From: Bacteroidia bacterium
Lineage (GTDB): Bacteria > Bacteroidota > Bacteroidia > UBA4408
Assembly (NCBI GenBank): GCA_040080595.1
Contig: JBEBIC010000001.1
Coordinates: 1-43,746 of the forward strand
Direction of reading: 5' to 3'
DNA: 43,746 nucleotides
Shown here: positions 17,301 through 25,884 of the stretch, in pieces
How positions within the stretch are numbered: position 1 is the stretch's first letter
How the letters are laid out: each line of letters begins with the position of its first letter
The notes under the pieces: generated by a model
What the model was told of the DNA's origin: nothing
The model's database searches: none
Seen by the model: the letters and a program-made list of their open reading frames with translations, nothing else
Position numbers and translations under genes: made by a program

Positions 17301-19228
17301 GTAATATTAAACGGCGGTATAGTGGTAGATGTAGAACCTATGGTAGGTAAATTTAACGCAGCTGTACCGCCTATACTAAAGTTGGCTAAGTTGTTTATAC
17401 CATTAATATAATAACTGCCTGCAATATTCATTATAGCCGTACCACTTAATGCCACTGTACCTCCCAACGATTGTAGGTTTTCATCGGCTGCATTACCTAT
17501 GTTAAAAGTACCTGCGCTTACAGTTATGTTACCCGATAAATTAATAGGATCGTTGCTTGTAAGCGTAGTGGTAGCGCTGTTTAACCATAGTTTTGTTTTA
17601 TTACTCATTGCTACTGCCGCCCCAGTGTTAAATGGTATTGCGGTTACAGTACCAGTGTTACTAAATTTAATAGTACCATTAGTTAGTGTTAAAAAGCCTG
17701 TAGCGGCACTAAAATTAGTACTTGCAATATCCAACGTGTTATTTATTGATGCACCTAAGTTTAGAGTTATTCGGTTGTAATTATTAGTAGTGGCCGTACC
17801 TGTTATACTTTGGTTTCCATTTTTATTAAACACTACGTTACACAAGTTAGTAGCAGAGTTAAAATTAATAGTACCATTATTTACTATGTTGCCTTGTGTA
17901 GTAAGCGTGTGTGTGGTGTTTGATGCAGCGTTTACTCTAAATATTGCGCCTGCATTTACTGTAATATCTTTAAAATTCATAGCTAAAGCAGTAGCATTAG
18001 TGCCTATTTGCAATATACCTGATGTGCCTTGTCCTACGGTTAAATTATTACACGTAGCGTTATTTACATTTATAGTTATAGTGTGTCCGTTGGCTATGGT
18101 TACATTGTCGCCTGCTGTGGGTACACCTGTAGGTAGCCAACTACCTGCTGTATTCCAGTTGCCAGTAGTTACGTTAGACACTTTATTACCACCTGCTAAC
18201 GTAGCCTGCGTACCGTCTTTTGATGTACTTAGTGTACCTTCAGTTACTGCATATACTTTCCAAAAATAATTAGTACCAGGCAATAAGCCTGTAGCAGCAT
18301 AAGTTATAGCATTAACAGCGGTTTGCGCTACAAAATTATAATTTACACCATCAGTTGAGTTATATACCACATAGCCTATTTCGTTGGTAGCCCAGTTAGT
18401 AGTCCAGTTTACATTCATACTTGTACTAGTTACTCCTGTAAATGCAAGTGCACCAGTAGGGTTAGCAGGCAATGGCGGAGTAAAACCTATTAGGTTATTG
18501 GCCGTAGGCATGGTAGATAAATTATTTTGTGCCGTATTGTTAAACGTAGTTCCGTTAGCGGTTTGCTGCATTTTTAAATTGGCTGCACCTGTACCGCCAG
18601 CAGCACTATTAATACCGCACGAGTAACTAAATGTGTGTGTACCAGACGTCATTGTGCCGTAAGCAAATTCTATTTTACCTGTAGTTTCGTATAATTTTAC
18701 TTGGTAATTAAGGCTTGGTGTAGTGTTTAAATACACCGCCATATTTATCCATTCTATAGTTAATACACGGTTAGGAGCAATGCCTGTAGTTAAATATTTA
18801 ATACTTGTACCCAAAGCACCTACTCCGCCTTGTGCTGTTAAATCATCATAAAAAGGGGTTATTGCATTAGTGGTTTGTCCAGCTGTAGTAAATGCAGTAT
18901 TGGAAAAGCTGTAAGGAGCAGGAGGGTTTCCTGATCCATTAGCGTTTGAGTTAGAAAAATCAATAAACCCATTACTAGAAACACTAAACTGCGTGTAACG
19001 TACACCATTATACCAAAAATCAAAACCAATATCAGAAAAATCGCTACGGTTGTCATCTTGAGAAAAACCACCTGTGTTACGCCAACTGCCAAACGGTGTG
19101 CCTGTTGTAGCTATAGAATTATAAGTTACACCTGTAGTTAATGCGGTGGTGTAATTAGCTATTGATTGTGCTTTGGTAGTAATTGCAACTACAAGCAATG
19201 CTATAATTAGAGTGTATATATTTTTCAT
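14378..19228 (-). CDS. Giant T9SS-secreted adhesin-like protein (FN3, long parallel-beta-helix-like repeat region, SprB repeats, PKD, T9SS CTD)
   Basis: 1616 aa with a signal peptide (..TTKAQ). FN3-like segment (PANPTGALAFTGVTSTSMNVNW...GTNYFWKVYAV). About 600 aa of N/G/T-rich ~20-25-aa turns (GDNVTIANGHTITIN..., NGTINFNS..., NGNLTINAGATF...). Two Cys-containing SprB-type repeats (PTCYNGTNGQA...YTWYDANN; NNSCNASTDGA...YLWNNGNTT...DANNCV). PKD domain (WNFGDGTTSYDATPVHQYSTFGTYT). Divergent C-terminal sorting domain (..GYYYISLQSAQGIKTFKIIHTK). Confidence 0.9.
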   Translation of the reverse strand: MKNIYTLIIALLVVAITTKAQSIANYTTALTTGVTYNSIATTGTPFGSWRNTGGFSQDDNRSDFSDIGFDFWYNGVRYTQFSVSSNGFIDFSNSNANGSGNPPAPYSFSNTAFTTAGQTTNAITPFYDDLTAQGGVGALGTSIKYLTTGIAPNRVLTIEWINMAVYLNTTPSLNYQVKLYETTGKIEFAYGTMTSGTHTFSYSCGINSAAGGTGAANLKMQQTANGTTFNNTAQNNLSTMPTANNLIGFTPPLPANPTGALAFTGVTSTSMNVNWTTNWATNEIGYVVYNSTDGVNYNFVAQTAVNAITYAATGLLPGTNYFWKVYAVTEGTLSTSKDGTQATLAGGNKVSNVTTGNWNTAGSWLPTGVPTAGDNVTIANGHTITINVNNATCNNLTVGQGTSGILQIGTNATALAMNFKDITVNAGAIFRVNAASNTTHTLTTQGNIVNNGTINFNSATNLCNVVFNKNGNQSITGTATTNNYNRITLNLGASINNTLDIASTNFSAATGFLTLTNGTIKFSNTGTVTAIPFNTGAAVAMSNKTKLWLNSATTTLTSNDPINLSGNITVSAGTFNIGNAADENLQSLGGTVALSGTAIMNIAGSYYINGINNLANFSIGGTAALNLPTIGSTSTTIPPFNITGVGSNFSMTGGTILILREGGNGAQDLGYVNTGSTGGVVNGGTLQIGNATTPLAQIISINTTYALGSLVVNSANVTANLINNAITVKNVNILAGTLLANNLDITVGDDWTNAGTYTPGTNTTTFNGTVTQTITKVGGETFNNLTFANSGLKTLGAPVTTNGNLTINAGATFDASVSNYATFVKGNWINNGTFTPRTALVEFNGTAASTIGGSTVTNFHNLTTNNTAGVSLLTDANLTSTLKLTAGVFTTTGKVFTLVSNATGTARIDAITGGDIAGNITMQRYLAPGATNWRMLASCTGANTLADWSDDFAMSGFPGSQAPTFTFNSVYHYDETAPGDLWDFGYIPATDISNTIVNNRGYYCYVGPVPITMETVGTPVKFAQTIPVTFTNSGNINNDGWNFVGNPYPSSIDWTAAAWSKTNLNNEVHVWNPNSSSYASYVAGVGVNGGTQYIPSSQAFWIKANAASPALSSTENCKATVDQAFMRSAAPQAITDVFKLSLKGNGTTDEIAIRFHNNGTDLFDNELDANKLYDPYSGSPRFSSVMHNSTDYSINSLPPLNGAITIPLRAVVTASGNYTIVRDSAINLTKNVCITLEDKLTNTITDLTQNYTYSFNILDTTKAPRFLLHFGNALAKDRVNPTCYNGTNGQAIAIGAGSNAHTYTWYDANNAVVKTSTNVIGNDTLVATAGIYTVIVNGNTGGCATLTDTIQITNPAPFALNETITNNSCNASTDGAIAINTVTQGAAPYTYLWNNGNTTNALQSISTGNYTLQITDANNCVQNFNYAINPTNVVDANFNITNDSVFLYQANVTFNNYSTPNVNYTWNFGDGTTSYDATPVHQYSTFGTYTTTLITEISGCTDTAQTVIVVIDSLFATEPIDTTKGGVITILNKTKTNEYIKLASNNGQYQLLFDYPTNTRVSVSVLEGNGKILSTNDYLVSNSIINVPFINYAAGYYYISLQSAQGIKTFKIIHTK

Positions 19229-19360
19229 GCTAATTGTATTTTTAAAAGATTACATAAATATACGTATCTTTTAAATACAAAGATTGTGAAAACATAGCTT
19301 AATATCGATAATAGTATTTTTATTACCGATTAACAACGTTTATTTTTTAGCCATGAAATT

Positions 19361-20938
19361 TTACACCATTGCCATTACACAATTTTCGCCATCAATAGCT
19401 GCACTTACTATGCCTCCTGCAAATCCAGCTCCCTCGCCACATGGAAACAAATTAGTAATACTTGTGTGATGATATTTCTCTCTATCTCTTGGTATGCGTA
19501 CTGGCGATGAAGTGCGTGATTCGGGTGCTACTATCAATGCTTCATTAGTATAATAATCAGGCATTTTTTTAGCATATTGTTTAAAGCCTTGTTGCAAATT
19601 TTGTACAATGTAACGAGGCAATGCTTCTCGCATATCCATACTTTTTAAGCCTGGTTGGTACGAACAATCGGGCAACGAATTAGATATTTTGTTGTTGCAA
19701 AAATCAACCAAACGTTGTGCTGGTGCTATTTGCGACTTGCCCGCTACCTCAAAGCAACGTTGCTCTACCCATTGTTGATAGCGCAGTGCCGCTAATGCGC
19801 CGTGGCTTTCAAACTGTTTGTATTGTGCCTCGCTAATAGTAGTTACAATACCTGAATTAGCATACGGATTATCTCGCTTGCTAGGACTCCAACCGTTAGT
19901 TACAATATCATTACCATCAGTTGCGCACGGTGCTATAATTCCACCAGGGCACATACAAAAACTATAAACGCCTACGCCTTGCACTTGCTCTACCCAACTG
20001 TATGCAGCAGGGCCTAAGTATTGGCGAACCTCATCAAGTTGTTCATCAGTAGTGCAGTGGTATTGACGTTTGTCTATTATACGTTGTGGGTGTTCTACAC
20101 GTACGCCCAATGCGTATGTTTTTGCTTCTATTGTAATATTACGTTTATCTAATAATTCAAAAATATCTCGTGCCGAATGTCCTGTTGCTAACAACACTTG
20201 TTGCACTTGCACATCGGTCTGTGCCTTGGTATCAGTGTTTTCTACAATTAGTGTAGTTATTTTATCTTTAGTTATTTTAAAGTCAATTAGTTTAGTATTA
20301 AACAAAATTTCGCCACCGCAATCCAAAATAGTTTGGCGCATATCGGCTATTATTTTGGGTAATTTGTTTGTGCCAATGTGTGGGTGCGCATCTACCATTA
20401 TATTAGCATCGGCACCATGTTGCACAAGTACTTGTAATATTTTGTCAATGCTGCCACGCTTGCCCGAGCGAGTGTATAATTTACCATCGCTGTAAGTACC
20501 TGCGCCACCTTCGCCAAAACAATAGTTACTGTTGGTATTTACACCTTGGTTACGGTTAATGGCAGCTAAATCTCTACGGCGGTCTTGCACATTTTTACCA
20601 CGTTCTATTATTATTGGTTTTTTGCCTAACTCTATACATTTTAATGCTGCAAACATTCCCGCAGGGCCACAACCAATAATGTGTACAGGCGTACCATTGC
20701 TTACGTTGGTATAAGTTACATACTTTGTTACTTGCTCTGGCATAGGTTCGTTTACATACACTTCGCATTTTATATTTACAAGTAACTTACTACGGCGTGC
20801 ATCCAACGATTTTTTAAGCACACGCACTCCATTTATACTATTGATATCTATGCCTTCGATAACGGCTATATAGTTGTGTAAATTTTCGGGCGTATGCGCT
20901 ACTTCGGGCGCTACTGTAAGCGTTAGTTCTTTAATCAT
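19361..20938 (-). CDS. FAD-dependent oxidoreductase (COG2509-type, substrate unknown)
   Basis: 525 aa. Dinucleotide-binding GxGxxG (IIGCGPAGMFAAL) after an N-terminal ~80-aa domain. Overall layout matches the uncharacterised FAD-dependent dehydrogenases of that group. Confidence 0.8.
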   Translation of the reverse strand: MIKELTLTVAPEVAHTPENLHNYIAVIEGIDINSINGVRVLKKSLDARRSKLLVNIKCEVYVNEPMPEQVTKYVTYTNVSNGTPVHIIGCGPAGMFAALKCIELGKKPIIIERGKNVQDRRRDLAAINRNQGVNTNSNYCFGEGGAGTYSDGKLYTRSGKRGSIDKILQVLVQHGADANIMVDAHPHIGTNKLPKIIADMRQTILDCGGEILFNTKLIDFKITKDKITTLIVENTDTKAQTDVQVQQVLLATGHSARDIFELLDKRNITIEAKTYALGVRVEHPQRIIDKRQYHCTTDEQLDEVRQYLGPAAYSWVEQVQGVGVYSFCMCPGGIIAPCATDGNDIVTNGWSPSKRDNPYANSGIVTTISEAQYKQFESHGALAALRYQQWVEQRCFEVAGKSQIAPAQRLVDFCNNKISNSLPDCSYQPGLKSMDMREALPRYIVQNLQQGFKQYAKKMPDYYTNEALIVAPESRTSSPVRIPRDREKYHHTSITNLFPCGEGAGFAGGIVSAAIDGENCVMAMV

Positions 20939-20971
20939 AAATTTAAAATATGTGTGTAAAATATATGCAGA

Positions 20972-21688
20972 CTATTCAAAATAAACTGAAACCATCCAGT
21001 ACTTGCCTCTAAGTCCGTTTAGAGCATTGGAGTATATGTTTCCGTCGTGTATTTGTATATCGTTAAGCCCAATTCCGTATCTAAACTCAGGCGAAAATTT
21101 AAAATAATTGGTATAAAAATCAAAACCAAAACCCAATGTAGTACTGTACTGATGTGGCTTTAGACGAACAATATCAGTAGCTGCCGATTTTTTTAAACCA
21201 CGAGCCGATAGTAAATCATAATCGTACTCGCCTCCTGCCAAAGCATAGGCTCTAAAATTATTTAAACGGCGCGATTTGTATTTTACCAACACAGGAAACA
21301 TCAATAATGTAGATTCTACATTTTTAGTTTCGGTGTAATTAGCACCTTTAAAATAACTATAATACGTAAAATTAAGCTGGCGACTGCACAAACTCAAGCC
21401 TGGCAAAAAACGAATATTGGTGTATTCGCCCAAGGCAAAATCGCTTACTATATTAAAACTAAAGCCTGGAGTAGCTGTAGCAGTAACGTTTAGCAAGGTA
21501 TCGCCTATTTGTGCATTGCCAAAATGGTTTACCGAAAAATCTTGATAATTGAGCATAAATGCAAAACCAAAATGTACTTTTCTTTTGTCGTATTTGGGGT
21601 AATTAAGTACTTTTTGTTTTTGTGCATAGGTAGTACTTACGCATAATAACGTGCCAATAATTGCGAGAAATAAAATGTGTTTTTTCAT
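20972..21688 (-). CDS. Outer-membrane beta-barrel protein, PorT/SprT-like (candidate T9SS component)
   Basis: 238 aa. Signal peptide (..TTYAQ), alternating aromatic/Gly strands, and a C-terminal ...YWMVSVYFE. The size and the position directly downstream of ubiE match the ubiE-porT pairing I recall from Bacteroidota genomes. Family assignment is from memory and was not searched. Confidence 0.55.
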   Translation of the reverse strand: MKKHILFLAIIGTLLCVSTTYAQKQKVLNYPKYDKRKVHFGFAFMLNYQDFSVNHFGNAQIGDTLLNVTATATPGFSFNIVSDFALGEYTNIRFLPGLSLCSRQLNFTYYSYFKGANYTETKNVESTLLMFPVLVKYKSRRLNNFRAYALAGGEYDYDLLSARGLKKSAATDIVRLKPHQYSTTLGFGFDFYTNYFKFSPEFRYGIGLNDIQIHDGNIYSNALNGLRGKYWMVSVYFE

Positions 21689-21719
21689 AAGGTATTAACG
21701 CAATTTTGTAGCAAATATT

Positions 21720-22442
21720 TTATTTTGATGCCGTGTAAATATTAGCCACACCAAACGTAAGCGATATGGCTTTACTGTTGGTATAACCCAATGATGACAA
21801 TATCCCCACAAACTCTGCACCATACGGAAACGCTTTTACGCTATCGGGCAAATAAGTATATGCTGCAGTATCTTTTGATATTAATTTACCAATAACAGGC
21901 AATATACGCTTAAAATAAAAATTATACACCTGCTTTATTGGGAACTTTTCGGGCTGTGCAAACTCAATAATAACAAGCGTTCCGTTAGGTTTAAGTATGC
22001 GTAACATTTCGGCTAAGCCTAGTTGTAGGTGTTCAAAATTACGTACGCCAAACGAGCAAGTTATGGCATCAAAACTATTGGTGGCAAAGTCCAGTTTTTC
22101 GCAATCGCCGTAGCTTAATGTAATGCGTTGTTGTAAGTTTTTCTTTACTATTTTTTCTCTACCAATAGCCAACATTCCTTCCGAAATATCTACCCCAACA
22201 ATTTTATCAGGGTTAAGACTTATTGCCTCAATAGCAAAGTCGGCGGTGCCTGTGGCTATGTCCAATATAGTTTTTGGATTTTTGGCTTGTAATATTTTTA
22301 TGGCTTTGCGTCGCCACAGTACATCAATACCTGCCGAAAGTGTGTGGTTTAAAAAATCGTATTTGGGTGCAATGTTGTCAAACATGGTTTCTACTTGCAC
22401 TCGTTTACTGTCGCTATTGTTTTTATAAGGTACTACTGCCAT
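21720..22442 (-). CDS. ubiE: Demethylmenaquinone / ubiquinone C-methyltransferase UbiE/MenG
   Basis: 240 aa. N-terminal VQVETMFDNIAPKYDFLNHTLSAGIDVLWRR block and SAM motif I (ILDIATGTADFA), typical of UbiE/MenG. Confidence 0.9.
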   Translation of the reverse strand: MAVVPYKNNSDSKRVQVETMFDNIAPKYDFLNHTLSAGIDVLWRRKAIKILQAKNPKTILDIATGTADFAIEAISLNPDKIVGVDISEGMLAIGREKIVKKNLQQRITLSYGDCEKLDFATNSFDAITCSFGVRNFEHLQLGLAEMLRILKPNGTLVIIEFAQPEKFPIKQVYNFYFKRILPVIGKLISKDTAAYTYLPDSVKAFPYGAEFVGILSSLGYTNSKAISLTFGVANIYTASK

Positions 22443-22576
22443 AGTGTTGTATTATTTGTTTTTTTTTGAAAGTGTAAATGTAATAAAATAGGTACGGTTA
22501 ATCTCATCTATTTTAGCATAACTCAATATCAAATGAATTATAAAACTACTTACTTGCTTTTTAATTCAAAAACAGT

Positions 22577-22584
22577 ATATTTGA
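22577..22584 (+). promoter_or_regulatory. Candidate -7 box (TATATTTG) for the acyl-CoA synthetase gene
   Basis: Exact TAnnTTTG match 73 nt upstream of the ATG at 22657. An 8-bp palindrome, ACAACTAT-CAAA-ATAGTTGT (22592-22611), lies between the box and the start codon. Confidence 0.35.
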
Positions 22585-22656
22585 AATTCGTACAACTATC
22601 AAAATAGTTGTTTTATCTATTTTAACTTTAAGCTCACTTATTTAATAATTAAACAC

Positions 22657-24456
22657 ATGCAACAAATAGCCTCAGAACCATTACAAAACCTACGTTTGTT
22701 CGATTTTTTAACTCGCTTAGCAGCACGCCCACACAAGGAAGATGCTTTAGCTGCCAAAGAAAACGGTGCATGGCGCAAATATAGCACACAGGAGTTTTTG
22801 GATACTGCCACTAACGTTGCACACGGTTTATTAGCTGCAGGATTACAAAAAGGCGATGCCGTAGCGCTTATTGCTAACAACCGCCCCGAGTGGAATTTTG
22901 TAGATTTTGGTTGTTTGATGACAGGCATACTTAACGCACCTATTTATCCAACAGTAAGCGACCACGATTTAAAATTTATTTTGGACGATGCCAATGCTAA
23001 AATGGCAATAGTTTCTACCAAAGAATTGTACGACCGTGTAATAAAAATAGGAGAAGAATTAAACAAAACAATAAGCGTATATACACTTAATAAAACCGAA
23101 GGTGTACCCCACTGGAGCGCCTTAGTAGAGTTAGGAAAAGCCAATGCTGATGTGGCTAAATTAGAAGCAATAAAAGCAACTATAAAACCTACTGATGTGG
23201 CCACACTTATATACACATCGGGTACTACGGGCAACCCTAAAGGAGTAATGCTTTCGCACCTAAACTTAACAAGCAACATAGAGGCTACCTATAGTTTAGC
23301 TCCATGGAATGATATAAAACGTGCATTGAGTTTTTTACCACTTAACCACGTGTACGAACGTATGGTAAGTTACCTCTATATTAATTTTGGCGTATCTATT
23401 TATTATGCCGAAAGTATTGAAGCCATTGGCGATAACCTTAAAGAGGTACAGCCTAATATGTTTGTAACCGTACCTCGCTTGCTTGAGAAAGTATATGACA
23501 AAATAGTAGCCAAGGGCGAAGAACTTACTGGCGTTAAAAAAGCATTGTTCTTTTGGGCATTAAATTTAGGACACAAACATGAGCAGAATCGTGCAAACGG
23601 CTGGTGGTACGAAACACAATTAAAACTAGCCAACAAACTTATATTTAACAAATGGCGTGAGGCATTAGGTGGCAACGTAATAGTAGTAGCAAGCGGTGGA
23701 GCTGCTTTACAAGAGCGTTTGGCACGTGTATTTACCGCAGCGCAAATACCCGTATTGCAAGGTTACGGACTTACCGAAACATCGCCAATATTAGCTGTTA
23801 ATAATTATTTTGAAGGTGGAAATAGATACGGAACAGTAGGGCCAATAATTGATAACGTAAAAATAAAAATAGCCGAAGACGGCGAAATTTTAGCCAAAGG
23901 GCCAAACATAATGGTAGGCTACTACAAGCGCCCTGACCTTACTGCCGAGGTTATAGACAGCGAAGGTTGGTTTCATACAGGAGATATAGGCGAAGTGGGC
24001 GAAAATAATTTTTTGAGAATAACCGACCGTAAAAAAGAAATATTTAAAACCAGTGGTGGTAAGTACATTGCTCCACAAATGATAGAAAACAAACTTAAAG
24101 AAAGTCGTTTTATAGAGCAAGTAATGGTAGTAGGCGAAAACGAAAAGTTTCCATCAGCGTTTATTGTACCTTCATTTTTGTTTATAAAAGAATATTGCGC
24201 ACTCAAAAAAATACCATTTACCACCAATGCCGAAATTATTAAAAACCCAATAATAGTAAAGCGTATAGACGAAGTGGTAGAAAAAATAAATAAGAATTTA
24301 GCGCAATACGAAAAACTAAAACGTACCGAACTTATGCCACGTGAGTGGAGTATAGAGCGCGATGAAATGACGCCAAAAATGTCGTTAAAACGCAAAAAAA
24401 TATTAGCGGCAAATACGGAGGCTTATGCACGTATTTATACTACTACCGAAGCCTAA
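22657..24456 (+). CDS. Long-chain-fatty-acid--CoA ligase (AMP-dependent synthetase)
   Basis: 599 aa. AMP-binding motif YTSGTTGNPKGV, GYGLTETS and TGDIG..ITDRKKEIFK motifs, and the ~600-aa FACS-type length. Confidence 0.85.
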   Translation: MQQIASEPLQNLRLFDFLTRLAARPHKEDALAAKENGAWRKYSTQEFLDTATNVAHGLLAAGLQKGDAVALIANNRPEWNFVDFGCLMTGILNAPIYPTVSDHDLKFILDDANAKMAIVSTKELYDRVIKIGEELNKTISVYTLNKTEGVPHWSALVELGKANADVAKLEAIKATIKPTDVATLIYTSGTTGNPKGVMLSHLNLTSNIEATYSLAPWNDIKRALSFLPLNHVYERMVSYLYINFGVSIYYAESIEAIGDNLKEVQPNMFVTVPRLLEKVYDKIVAKGEELTGVKKALFFWALNLGHKHEQNRANGWWYETQLKLANKLIFNKWREALGGNVIVVASGGAALQERLARVFTAAQIPVLQGYGLTETSPILAVNNYFEGGNRYGTVGPIIDNVKIKIAEDGEILAKGPNIMVGYYKRPDLTAEVIDSEGWFHTGDIGEVGENNFLRITDRKKEIFKTSGGKYIAPQMIENKLKESRFIEQVMVVGENEKFPSAFIVPSFLFIKEYCALKKIPFTTNAEIIKNPIIVKRIDEVVEKINKNLAQYEKLKRTELMPREWSIERDEMTPKMSLKRKKILAANTEAYARIYTTTEA

Positions 24457-24476
24457 ATTATATATAGCGTAAATAG

Positions 24477-25172
24477 TTGAATTATTTATTTATTTTATTG
24501 GTAGCATTGCCCGTACTTGTTGGTGCGGGCTATACTTACTTGCATGCGCTTAATAAGCAATATGCTAAGCCTATATCTATATTTACGGCAGCATTACTGT
24601 TGTGTATTACGGTTATTAATTTTTTGCCCGAAGTGTTTGAACACGTACCTAATAAGTCGTATGCGGGTGTAGTTATTTTACTGGGATTATTGCTACAACT
24701 GGGCTTGGAGCGTTTTAGCAATGGCTTGGAACATGGGCATGTGCATAACGCAGGGCAAGTAAAATTTTATATAAGCTATATTGCATTATTGTTGCACAGT
24801 TTTGTGGAGGGCACACCATTACTTATAAGCGTTAATGGCAATAGTTTATTAGTAGGTTTAATAGTGCACAATGTACCTGTTACTATTATATTAATGCAAC
24901 TTATAAAGCACCTCAACTACAGCACGTTTACTAGCTTATCTCTTATAAGTATGCTAGGTATAAGCACTGTTGGCGGGGCATTTGTAGCACAATACATTAC
25001 ACAATACACACACCTAGTGTTTGATGTACATTATGTATTGGCATTTGTATGCGGTTTGTTTTTACACATTGGCACATCATTATTATTTGAATTTAATAGA
25101 GGTAAACAACAATTAGTACTAAAACTATTTTTAGTAGCCCTTGCATTGGGTTTATGTTTATTATTAAGATAA
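24477..25172 (+). CDS. ZIP-family divalent metal permease (ZupT-like)
   Basis: 231 aa with a TTG start at 24477. Multiple TM helices, a His-rich loop (LEHGHVHNAG), and LHSFVEGTP / VHNVPVT motifs resembling the ZIP metal-binding helices. Confidence 0.7.
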   Translation: MNYLFILLVALPVLVGAGYTYLHALNKQYAKPISIFTAALLLCITVINFLPEVFEHVPNKSYAGVVILLGLLLQLGLERFSNGLEHGHVHNAGQVKFYISYIALLLHSFVEGTPLLISVNGNSLLVGLIVHNVPVTIILMQLIKHLNYSTFTSLSLISMLGISTVGGAFVAQYITQYTHLVFDVHYVLAFVCGLFLHIGTSLLFEFNRGKQQLVLKLFLVALALGLCLLLR

Positions 25173-25226
25173 ATTTTTTATCTTATTTAATGTGCAACTC
25201 CCTCCTCTTTTATACTAAACTTGGTG

Positions 25227-25817
25227 TTAGTATTTAAAACTTATTCCAGCTTGTAGTAGTGGTCCGCCTAAGCCTGACTCTATGTTTAAATTTATATTGT
25301 TAGCTAAGGGGTAATTAAAACCAAAACTCATTTTAAACGCAATAGGTAATAGTTCTGATAAGTTACCTCTTTCATAATAATAATTTAGGTGTTTATTAGC
25401 ATAAAATAATTTAATGCCCACTCCAGCACAAGCGTACGTAGTTAGTTTTTCTCGTACTTTTTGAATTTTGCTAAATCTAAACACAAATCTATGTTTGCTA
25501 AATTCTTCTCTATAAATATTACCACTATTTATTGTACTTACCACACTTTGTGCAAACGTATATTCAAATCCAAAGCCTCTGTTGTTAGTCTTGTTTTGCT
25601 CCAGTTTAATACCAATATGATTAGTACTATGTAACGTGTATTTGGCAGAATATGGTTGTCCGTAGGCGTTTGTACCTTTTACATTAGTTGTTCCATTCAT
25701 AAGAAACTCTCCATTATTTAAAAAAGGCCATCCTGTAAAAATAGTTACACTGCTATTTTGAGCAACTGTAGCTCTACAAACAAATGCACCTATCAAAACT
25801 AAAAATAATGCTTTCAT
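25227..25817 (-). CDS. Small outer-membrane beta-barrel protein (8-strand size class)
   Basis: 196 aa. Signal peptide (..ATVAQ), alternating strand pattern, and a terminal ...LQAGISFKY aromatic C-terminus. Confidence 0.65.
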   Translation of the reverse strand: MKALFLVLIGAFVCRATVAQNSSVTIFTGWPFLNNGEFLMNGTTNVKGTNAYGQPYSAKYTLHSTNHIGIKLEQNKTNNRGFGFEYTFAQSVVSTINSGNIYREEFSKHRFVFRFSKIQKVREKLTTYACAGVGIKLFYANKHLNYYYERGNLSELLPIAFKMSFGFNYPLANNINLNIESGLGGPLLQAGISFKY

Positions 25818-25838
25818 AACGTTATATGTTTTTTAAAT

Positions 25839-25879
25839 AGTTATGTGTATGCCTTACTGAATAAGGCATACACATAACT
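25839..25879 (-). terminator. 18-bp perfect hairpin separating the leader-box array from the small barrel gene
   Basis: AGTTATGTGTATGCCTTA (25839-25856) pairs perfectly with TAAGGCATACACATAACT (25862-25879) around the loop CTGAA. It starts 6 nt after the stop of the 25885-27018 gene. There is no U-run. Confidence 0.6.
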
Positions 25880-25884
25880 AAAGT

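Noticed and set aside
14592-18626. Many 60-160-aa plus-strand ORFs (14592-14807, 15717-15998, 16773-17117, 17790-18269 and others) inside the giant adhesin gene
   Set aside because: They are antisense shadows of a compositionally biased (Thr/Asn/Gly/Val) 1616-aa gene. Their products are Leu/Val/Pro-rich nonsense without signal peptides or motifs, and they fully overlap a gene with clear domain content.
19229-19360. AT-rich 7-bp inverted repeat (AAAAGAT...ATCTTTT) between the FAD oxidoreductase gene and the adhesin start
   Set aside because: The stem is short and all A/T with a long loop, which is indistinguishable from chance in AT-rich intergenic DNA. It is not reported as a terminator.
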